32,000 nt of DNA from Clostridium amylolyticum (lineage in GTDB: Bacteria; Bacillota; Clostridia; Clostridiales; Clostridiaceae), in the NCBI RefSeq assembly GCF_900142075.1, contig NZ_FQZO01000004.1, positions 150,868-182,867 on the forward strand. Direction: 5' to 3'. Made by a program: the position numbers and the translations under genes. Of the stretch, positions 25,490 to 32,000 are shown piece after piece; within the stretch, counting starts at the first letter, position 1; every line of letters starts with the position of its first letter. The notes beneath the pieces were generated by a model that saw only the letters and a list, made by a program, of their open reading frames with translations, did not search any database and was not told the origin of the DNA.

Positions 25490-25867
25490 CTAGCCTAATA
25501 CATACTCAGCTAAAACACTTTGTAATTCATATATGTTTAAGCTCTTATTAAATTGTTTCTCTATAGGCATCTGTGTTCCAGATATCCAAATTTTAAGCTC
25601 TGCATCTAAATCAAAGTTTCCTGCAGTTTCTATGCTAAAGTGGGTTATGTTTTTATAAGGAATAGAGTGATATTCTATCTTCTTTCCTGTAACACCTTGT
25701 TTATCCACAAGTATTAGTCTTTTATTTGTAAAAATAAACATATCCCTAACTAACTTGTATGCTTTTTCCACAGTCTCTGTAGATGTCAAAACATTTGCAA
25801 ATGCTTTTTCAACTTCTTCAATTTTCACTTCAGAAGCATTGCCCATTAATCCATCAAATAAGCCCAT
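25490..25867 (-). CDS. Bacterial PH-domain protein (YokE-like, bPH family)
   Basis: 125-aa ORF: MGLFDGLMGNASE...VRDMFIFTNKRLILVDKQGVTGKKIEYHSIPYKNITHFSIETAG. SD AGGAGG lies 6 nt upstream. Confidence 0.75.
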   Translation of the reverse strand: MGLFDGLMGNASEVKIEEVEKAFANVLTSTETVEKAYKLVRDMFIFTNKRLILVDKQGVTGKKIEYHSIPYKNITHFSIETAGNFDLDAELKIWISGTQMPIEKQFNKSLNIYELQSVLAEYVLG

Positions 25868-26012
25868 AATATTCCTCCTAAAAATTAGTTTCTATTGAAT
25901 ATATTCTACACACAATTATATTAACCTTCTTATATGTGGAAATTATGTTATAATTTATATAACCATCCTTTACATATATTACTATTATATGAATTATTAA
26001 GGAGGCATGGGT

Positions 26013-26528
26013 ATGGAGAATTCAAAAGATGGTTTAGAGATTAATAATTTTACTGAAGATGAAATGTGGATGTTTATAGGTGACAATGCTGAGTTTTATT
26101 TGGACAAATGGAGGACAGCAAAAAATCCTAAAGTGTATGCTGGATGGAATTGGGCTACATTTTTTGCAGGTATATTTTGGTTTGGTTATAGAAAAATGTA
26201 CAAGACTCTTGCAATTATTCTAACAATTGATAATGTTTTAATGAACTTGATATTTTATTCTAATCCATATTTAAATACTTTTTTTATTAAACTTTATGGA
26301 TTCCTCATGGAGTTTTTATTGGCATTTTTCGGTAACTCATTATACTATAATTATTCTAAAAAAACTCTTAGTGATATAAAGAAAAAATCTGAAGATGAAT
26401 TACCCTTTCAAGGTATGCTACTCAAAAAAGGTGGAAATAACTGGGGTGGAGTAGGTATCGCAATTTTATTAAATATTTGTATTTCAGTTGTTATTACTGC
26501 TTTGTTTAAATATGTTATATTTCGTTGA
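26013..26528 (+). CDS. DUF2628 domain-containing membrane protein
   Basis: FIGDNAEFYLDKWR......GWNWATFFAGIFWFGYRKMY is the DUF2628 signature. The only plus-strand gene in the window. I prefer the ATG at 26013 (SD AAGGAGG 7 nt upstream) to 26007, where the spacing is only 1 nt. Confidence 0.8.
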   Translation: MENSKDGLEINNFTEDEMWMFIGDNAEFYLDKWRTAKNPKVYAGWNWATFFAGIFWFGYRKMYKTLAIILTIDNVLMNLIFYSNPYLNTFFIKLYGFLMEFLLAFFGNSLYYNYSKKTLSDIKKKSEDELPFQGMLLKKGGNNWGGVGIAILLNICISVVITALFKYVIFR

Positions 26529-26538
26529 TTACCAAGTA

Positions 26539-26568
26539 AAAAGATAGCTCTAAGCTATCTTTTTATAC
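26539..26568 (+). terminator. Rho-independent terminator of the DUF2628 gene
   Basis: aagatagct-ctaa-agctatctt followed by tttat. Confidence 0.65.
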
Positions 26569-26790
26569 TTCTAAATTTACTTACAAACTCCTCATCAGTT
26601 ATAAAAACTTCTTTATATCCTAAGTTTTTGCATAATTGTGTAACATGGGGTGGTTCTAGAAAGGCTTTTATTACTTCTTTTTCCTTTCCATATACATATC
26701 TTGTATCCTCATGTAGGATTACTTGTCCTTGTGTAAATACGATGGTCCTTTCAAAACTTTTTTCCTTCTTACCCCATTTTCATCTAATGA
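26555..26790 (-). pseudogene. Startless gene remnant with an internal degenerate tandem duplication
   Basis: The minus frame reads (WGKKEKS)FERTIVFTQGQVILHEDTRYVYGKEKEVIKAFLEPPHVTQLCKNLGYKEVFITDEEFVSKFRSIKR*, with no ATG, GTG or TTG start. Just upstream a diverged second copy in another frame reads CFERTILFTQVWSLDENGVRRKK. Family unknown. Confidence 0.25.
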
Positions 26791-26847
26791 CCAAACTTGT
26801 GTAAATAAAATGGTTCTTTCAAAACAACTTGTTAAAGATTCTAAACT

Positions 26848-28104
26848 CTAAATGGCTCTTTTCCTCTCTATACTCTTTTTCCACGCATACATACCTAAGG
26901 ATACCCCAATAACTCCATATACTATGAAAACTCTGAAATACTCTCCAATTTGAGGGTTGTCAAATAAATTCTTTCCTGCCATAGGAGAGATTATAAATAA
27001 TGTGTGAAATAATATTATGCCTAAAAGAGCTTGTCCGTTTGTTGCTTTGGAAACTGAAGCCCCTCCTATAAGTAAAGCTGCTATAGCAAACATACCTACT
27101 TGTTCATGACTCCCATAGGTGTTTAGGGTTCCTATATTTTGGAGAAATATTAGTTGTCCCCAAGCTGCTAGTACTGTGGATATTATTATAGCTACTATTC
27201 TTGTCTTATTAACCTTTATTCCTGAAGCATTAGCTACATGCATATCTTGTCCTACAGTTCTTAAATCTTGTCCAAGCTTTGTCTTTACTATAAATGAATT
27301 AAATAAGCATACTAATCCTATTACCAAAAGAGTAATTATTGGTACATTAACAAATTTTAATGCCATGTTAAACTTTGGAATAAAAAGAGAACATGCTATT
27401 ACTACTATGGCTAAGAATATATTAAAAATATATTTTACATTAATATTTATATGTTTTACTTTAGCCATAATAATTTTAATAACATTAAATAGTATTACCC
27501 CTCCTAATAAAATTAGAGCTGTAACTAATAAATCCAATTCAAAAATACCATCTAAGGCATATTTTATACCATTGTTTAAGTCCACGGTGTTTTTTATGCC
27601 TATTCCCCCGCTTAGTACAAGCACAGGATTCTTCATAGGAATAATGGTTCCTACAAAAAATAGAAATAAAAGCTGATAAAGTCCATTGGCAAATAGACCC
27701 AATATCATACTAGCTATCATCTCTTGACCTTTTGTCTTATTAAGCAACTTTCCAGTAAAATATCCAAATATTATAGCTATAGGCGTGCTTAAAAGTACAC
27801 AGAGCATAAAACCTGCTAGGCCTGTTACTTTCCAATGGGTTACAGCTATAATGGCTATCTGACCCGCCATGGCACCAATAACTATACCAAAGTTTAATCC
27901 CATTCCAGCAAGTACTGGAATAATTAAGGAAAGTACTAGGAATAGATTTCTAGATATTCTGGTAACTAATTCCCCTAGTACAAAAGAAATTGGCTGCTGA
28001 GAAAGTTTTATACCTATAGCACATAATACTACAAATAATATTGTTACCATATTATTAAATAACCATGCTTTAATTTTTGAGAAAACATCTAATTTTTCTT
28101 TCAT
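26848..28104 (-). CDS. ABC transporter permease (BPD_transp_2 / CUT2-BMP type, YufQ/NupQ-like)
   Basis: 418-aa ORF with ~10 TM segments. It overlaps the upstream permease gene by 4 nt (ATGA). Confidence 0.85.
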   Translation of the reverse strand: MKEKLDVFSKIKAWLFNNMVTILFVVLCAIGIKLSQQPISFVLGELVTRISRNLFLVLSLIIPVLAGMGLNFGIVIGAMAGQIAIIAVTHWKVTGLAGFMLCVLLSTPIAIIFGYFTGKLLNKTKGQEMIASMILGLFANGLYQLLFLFFVGTIIPMKNPVLVLSGGIGIKNTVDLNNGIKYALDGIFELDLLVTALILLGGVILFNVIKIIMAKVKHININVKYIFNIFLAIVVIACSLFIPKFNMALKFVNVPIITLLVIGLVCLFNSFIVKTKLGQDLRTVGQDMHVANASGIKVNKTRIVAIIISTVLAAWGQLIFLQNIGTLNTYGSHEQVGMFAIAALLIGGASVSKATNGQALLGIILFHTLFIISPMAGKNLFDNPQIGEYFRVFIVYGVIGVSLGMYAWKKSIERKRAI

Positions 28105-29144
28105 TCCTCACTACCCCCTACCTTAGTTAAAGCATATAAAATAATTCCATTGCTTATGATAATTCTTACTACCTCCGCAAGGTTTCCTTCAGTAACTATT
28201 TTATTTGCCACAGGAAGTCCTATGGTAAGAAGTCCTTGAAATAATATAGTGCCTATAATTACATGTGATATTTTAGCCTTAGTTGCTGAAGCTCCCCCTA
28301 TTAAAATAGCTGCTACTGCTGCAAAACCCATCATCATAGGAGCTTGATATAACTGATAGAAGCCGTAGCTTTGTGCATAAACTATTATCCCCACAGCTCC
28401 TAATATAGTTGAAAGCATAGTTCCAAATATTCTAGCACTTTGTATATTTATACCAGAAGCCTCTGCAAACTTGGGATTGCTTCCTGCTGCAGACATGGAT
28501 ATCCCCTTTTTGGTCCTTAAGATAACCCACATAATAAAGCAGCATGCTAAAAACATTAATATTAAACCCGTAGGAACCACTACTCCAGCAATTTTAAAAC
28601 TAAAAGCATGATCTAGCACCTTATCATATCTATCGCTAAGGGCTATGGTGGTCCTTAGTCCTTGTCCAATAGGCCACTTTATTTCTGAACTTTTAAAAGG
28701 AAGAAGTAGCCATGCTATACACATTAATGACACTGCAGAAAAACCCATATAAGTGGATACCATCATTTCAGATCCTTTAACTTTGTTTAAAAGAACTCCA
28801 TAAAAATATCCCACTACCGCAGCTATTGGAATAGCTACTAGTATTGCTACAAATAGAGCTATACCCCCTGTTAAATTCATCTCTAAACTTATTAATCCTC
28901 CTAAAAGTCCGCATAATATACCTAAAGGAAGACCAAAGTTTAATCCTATACCGCAAAGTATTCCTGGCACCATAGCCAGCACAAGAACTCCATTCATGCC
29001 TGTCCTTACTAAAGTATCGGATATAAGCATATTTATTGGTAAACCTAAAATTATGGACAAAATACAAAGAATTATAAAAAAACAAATTATTATAACCCTT
29101 GGAAGGCCTATACTTTCATACCAATGTTTAAGTTTTTCTCTCAT
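28101..29144 (-). CDS. ABC transporter permease (BPD_transp_2 / CUT2-BMP type, YufP/NupP-like)
   Basis: 347-aa polytopic ORF. It overlaps the ATPase gene by 4 nt. Confidence 0.85.
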   Translation of the reverse strand: MREKLKHWYESIGLPRVIIICFFIILCILSIILGLPINMLISDTLVRTGMNGVLVLAMVPGILCGIGLNFGLPLGILCGLLGGLISLEMNLTGGIALFVAILVAIPIAAVVGYFYGVLLNKVKGSEMMVSTYMGFSAVSLMCIAWLLLPFKSSEIKWPIGQGLRTTIALSDRYDKVLDHAFSFKIAGVVVPTGLILMFLACCFIMWVILRTKKGISMSAAGSNPKFAEASGINIQSARIFGTMLSTILGAVGIIVYAQSYGFYQLYQAPMMMGFAAVAAILIGGASATKAKISHVIIGTILFQGLLTIGLPVANKIVTEGNLAEVVRIIISNGIILYALTKVGGSEE

Positions 29145-30877
29145 TTCTCTTCCTCCTTTTGTGATGGATTTTTACTTGTAAAAAGTGGACTGACGGAGTA
29201 ACTTTTGCCCCTTTCTTCATCCTTCTGTATATGTGGCTCCATGAGAGTATCACTTGAATTTGGTTTGATCCATATTCTTTCTTCCTTCTCCTGTACTTCA
29301 ATATCAATATGTCCAGCTAGTAATAATCCATATTCTGCATCACTAGCTTCTGGCTTTAATATGCCAGCAATCTTTCCTTCAGATACTATAACTACTCTTT
29401 CGCATATGGATCTAAGCTCTGCTAATTCAGAAGAAGTCATGATAATAGTCATACCCAATTTCTTATTCAATTTAACCAATAAATCTAGCACCAGTTTTTT
29501 TGCTCCTACATCTATACCTCTGGTTGGCTCCGATACGAATAGTATCTTAGGATTAAGAGTAAGTGCTCTAGCAATACACACCTTTTGCTGATTACCTCCA
29601 CTAAGCCTTCTTGTAATCTGATTAGGTCCAGTACATCTAATATCCAAATCTTTTATCATTTTATTGCAATGTTCTCTAACCTTTTTTTTATCTAATTGTG
29701 TAAATAGCAAGTATTTATTTACAAATGCATCATTTATGTGCATAGAGGTTATAACAATATTATTTTCAATACTATCATCTAATAAAAGCCCAACCCCTCT
29801 TCTATCTTCAGATACAAAAGCAATTCCGTGTTTTAAAGATGCTTCAGGTTTATTAAGAGGTATTTCTGAGCCTTCCATGGTTACCTTACCAGAACTTCTG
29901 AAAAGTCCCATTATTCCGTTAGCTATACCAATTTTACCTTGTCCTGCTAACCCTCCTATACCTACTATTTCCCCCTTGTATATATCCAAGTCTATGCCTT
30001 TTACTTTTTCTCCTGGCATGTCTACATTTAAATTTCTAACCTGGAGGATGGTTTCCTTATCTTTATCTTCCTTACTGGTATCGCTTACTAACCTCTCTAT
30101 TTTTCTTCCTACCATTAGCTCAGCCAGTTCCACAATATTAGTTTCTTCAGTATTTCTATGGGCTACTACTTCACCATCCCTCAATATGGTAATTCTATGT
30201 GCTGAATTTATTACCTCATCAAGTCTATGAGTTATAAAAATAATAGCTATACCTTGGTCAGCTAATCTCTTCATAGCTTCCATAAGCTTTTCAGCTTCGC
30301 TTTCTGTAAGTACAGCAGTAGGCTCATCAAAAACCAAAAGCCTTATGTTTTTCTTATCTATTTCTCTAGCTATTTCTATAAACTGCATATAGCCAACTGG
30401 GAGCCCTTCTACCTCTACATACTCTTCCACACTTAGTCCGGCAGTATTTAAAGCTCTTCTGCTTTCTTTGTTCATAACATCATAATTTAAGCTTTTTAAA
30501 GAATGTCCAAGAAATCTGCTTACGATATTATGCTTAGTTATTTCCCTGTTAAGCTTTATATTTTCTGTAATAGTAAAGCCTGGAATAAGCATAAACTCTT
30601 GATGTACCATGCCTATTCCTGCATTCATAGCATCCTTAGGGTTCTTAATATGAGAAGCTTTACCTTCATATAATACTTCTCCTTTAAATCCTCCTGTATT
30701 ATGGATTACAGGCATCCCAAAGAGTATATTCATTAAGGTAGATTTCCCTGCACCATTTTCCCCTAGTAGGGCATGTATCTCACCTTTTTTTATATCCAAA
30801 TTGACATTTTTAAGCACCTTATTACCAAAATACTCTTTTTCAATATTCCTCATTGAAAGCACTGTTGTTTCCTGCAA
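29141..30877 (-). CDS. ABC transporter ATP-binding protein, tandem-NBD (CUT2 type), with a charged C-terminal tail
   Basis: Walker A is GENGAGKST. Signature-like motifs are LPVGYMQ (first NBD) and LSGGNQQK (second NBD). Walker B is LLVFDEPT in the first NBD and ILFVSEPTRGID in the second. The TTG start at 30877 is preceded by AAGGAGGGGGAG. The last ~50 aa (VQEKEERIW...KNPSQKEEEK) extend beyond the usual NBD2 end. Confidence 0.85.
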   Translation of the reverse strand: MQETTVLSMRNIEKEYFGNKVLKNVNLDIKKGEIHALLGENGAGKSTLMNILFGMPVIHNTGGFKGEVLYEGKASHIKNPKDAMNAGIGMVHQEFMLIPGFTITENIKLNREITKHNIVSRFLGHSLKSLNYDVMNKESRRALNTAGLSVEEYVEVEGLPVGYMQFIEIAREIDKKNIRLLVFDEPTAVLTESEAEKLMEAMKRLADQGIAIIFITHRLDEVINSAHRITILRDGEVVAHRNTEETNIVELAELMVGRKIERLVSDTSKEDKDKETILQVRNLNVDMPGEKVKGIDLDIYKGEIVGIGGLAGQGKIGIANGIMGLFRSSGKVTMEGSEIPLNKPEASLKHGIAFVSEDRRGVGLLLDDSIENNIVITSMHINDAFVNKYLLFTQLDKKKVREHCNKMIKDLDIRCTGPNQITRRLSGGNQQKVCIARALTLNPKILFVSEPTRGIDVGAKKLVLDLLVKLNKKLGMTIIMTSSELAELRSICERVVIVSEGKIAGILKPEASDAEYGLLLAGHIDIEVQEKEERIWIKPNSSDTLMEPHIQKDEERGKSYSVSPLFTSKNPSQKEEEK

Positions 30878-30903
30878 GTTTCTCCCCCTCCTTATTTTAT
30901 AAG

Positions 30904-30938
30904 GTTAAGGAGTGAAGACAAGCTTCACTCCCCTTAAC
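30904..30938 (-). other. Intercistronic stem-loop between the SBP and ATPase genes
   Basis: In the minus sense: TTAAGGGGAGTGAAG-CTTGT-CTTCACTCCTTAAC. It has no strong T-tract, which is the usual architecture for stabilising the upstream SBP mRNA segment. Confidence 0.5.
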
Positions 30939-30967
30939 TACATATCATCAAGTGATTATTATATTAA

Positions 30968-32000
30968 TTAGAATGTTATATAGTCTGAAAGTAGCATGTA
31001 GAAATTATCTAGCTTTTTCTTTGTTTTTTCATCATCTAAAGTAGTAATCTTAACAGGTTTTTTTGATATATCTGTGAATATTGCTTCCAATTTAGCCTTG
31101 TCATTCTTTCCATTAGTTTTGCCTTCTAAGAATTCTTTAGCATATTCTACTCCGCCTTCAACAAACATCATATTAATTGGAACAGGCCATGTAGAAAATC
31201 TTCCTTTTCCACCTTTTTCAGCAATTATTCTAGTTTCTTCTTGTACTATATAATCAATGTTACCTTTCTTATCTTCAGGTATGCTTATACCTAAAGCTCC
31301 TGGATATCCATGATAAGGTGATGGACAACATTGCTGTGGGAATATTGCTCCTTCTTGTAATACCGCTTTGATAAGTGGCTCTTGCATAGCACAGTTAGTA
31401 CTAAAGAAAGCAGTATCTTTGCCCAGTTCCTTTACCTTTCTAGGTACATCTTCTAATATAAACTGTTGAGCTCCTGGAACCCCAGCATCACCAGTGGGAT
31501 CTGGAGCTGTGGCATCAACAAATTCCAAGCCTAACTTTTGGCATGTTTCTTTTAGTAAATCTCTTCTCATGGCCAACATTTGATAAGACATATGTCTTGG
31601 GAATGAATAGTGAACAAATTTCTTTGCCCCTAACTTTTTAGCTTGCTCTATAATAGTGGTCCCCATTCCTAACTCATCCGCTTGAAGTACTATATCAGCT
31701 TTTGATGCTATCATATCTGGATCTTCCCCTGGAACTCCAGCTATAAATAGCATGTCTTTACGTTTTTCTCTTACCTTATCTATAGCTGCAGAGGCTCCCG
31801 GAACCGCTTGTACAAATATAATAGCCTTAACATCTGGGTCTGCTGCAAGACTTAAAGTATTAGCAATAGTTGTCTCTTGCTCCTTAGTAAAATTATCCGG
31901 ATATGTTTGAAGTACAATCATATCGCCATACTTATTTTTCATTTTTTCTGCAGCCCTATACTCTTCTTCATTTTGTGATACAGTTCCTGTTATAATACCA
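30968..32000 (-). CDS. DUF3798 domain-containing substrate-binding protein (partial; 5' end beyond the window)
   Basis: The track ORF starts at an internal Met (31942). The frame remains open upstream to the window edge (...GIITGTVSQNEEEYRAAEKMKNKYGD...), so the true N-terminus and lipoprotein signal lie outside the window. It has the periplasmic-binding-protein type I fold pattern typical of DUF3798. Confidence 0.8.
   Translation of the reverse strand, partial: GIITGTVSQNEEEYRAAEKMKNKYGDMIVLQTYPDNFTKEQETTIANTLSLAADPDVKAIIFVQAVPGASAAIDKVREKRKDMLFIAGVPGEDPDMIASKADIVLQADELGMGTTIIEQAKKLGAKKFVHYSFPRHMSYQMLAMRRDLLKETCQKLGLEFVDATAPDPTGDAGVPGAQQFILEDVPRKVKELGKDTAFFSTNCAMQEPLIKAVLQEGAIFPQQCCPSPYHGYPGALGISIPEDKKGNIDYIVQEETRIIAEKGGKGRFSTWPVPINMMFVEGGVEYAKEFLEGKTNGKNDKAKLEAIFTDISKKPVKITTLDDEKTKKKLDNFYMLLSDYITF

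Noticed and set aside
2276-30230. Short ORFs lying within long CDSs. Plus-strand antisense: 2276-2470, 3389-3685, 4495-4680, 6031-6234, 6491-6754, 8919-9101, 9052-9237, 9297-9485, 11183-11515, 12098-12376, 15258-15485, 15513-15785, 15958-16173, 17587-18024, 19809-20036, 27119-27676, 28996-29181, 29205-29591, 29664-30230. Minus-strand, out of frame within the 28101-29144 permease gene: 28777-29085.
   Set aside because: Each is nested within, or overlaps, a much longer ORF with recognisable family motifs. None has a convincing SD. Their products are low-complexity (Ser/Phe/Ile/Leu-rich) with no recognisable motifs.
1-32000. Search by eye for CRISPR arrays, tRNA/rRNA genes, IS elements, integrases, and toxin-antitoxin or classic defence-system genes
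   Set aside because: - I saw no regularly spaced direct repeats.
- No cloverleaf-capable GC-rich ~75-nt islands stood out.
- No ORF carries DDE/transposase, tyrosine or serine recombinase, or restriction-modification motifs.
- The only repeat families found are the two reported above.

Overview
The window is a visibly AT-rich, Clostridium-like Firmicutes chromosomal segment. About 30 of 31 credible genes lie on the minus strand. I saw no rRNA, tRNA, CRISPR array, transposase or integrase.

Contents by coordinate:
- (1) 1-11.0 kb: a sugar-utilisation locus built around a GH65 glycoside phosphorylase. It has two ABC permeases, a lipoprotein solute-binding protein, a secreted enzyme-like protein that runs off the window, and an embedded YesM/YesN-type two-component system. 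A ~145-bp promoter/operator region occurs twice in it.
- (2) 11.2-12.9 kb: a SulP/STAS anion transporter.
- (3) 13.2-16.9 kb: a CPBP intramembrane protease, a small MazG-type NTP pyrophosphohydrolase, and a divergent MetRS-family paralogue. The paralogue sits behind a complete T-box riboswitch whose Specifier loop, in my hand fold, contains no AUG.
- (4) 17.3-20.0 kb: the most unusual gene. One 888-codon ORF fuses a complete Tet(M)/EF-G-like ribosome-binding GTPase to a YacP/Rae1-type NYN endoribonuclease domain.
- (5) 20.1-24.5 kb: a decayed accessory patch. A visibly higher-GC insert carries a PNPOx-like gene, a DUF6273 gene and two GNAT genes. Gene fragments truncated on the sides facing the insert flank it (MerR C-terminal remnant, alpha/beta-hydrolase N-terminal remnant), and a third GNAT follows.
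- (6) 24.5-26.5 kb: an EFR1-type flavodoxin/ferredoxin, a bacterial PH-domain protein, and the only plus-strand gene (DUF2628 membrane protein).
- (7) 26.8-32.0 kb: a CUT2/BMP-type ABC importer with a DUF3798 binding protein, which is partial at the window edge.

A structured ~85-105-nt dispersed repeat occurs three times in intergenic or UTR positions.
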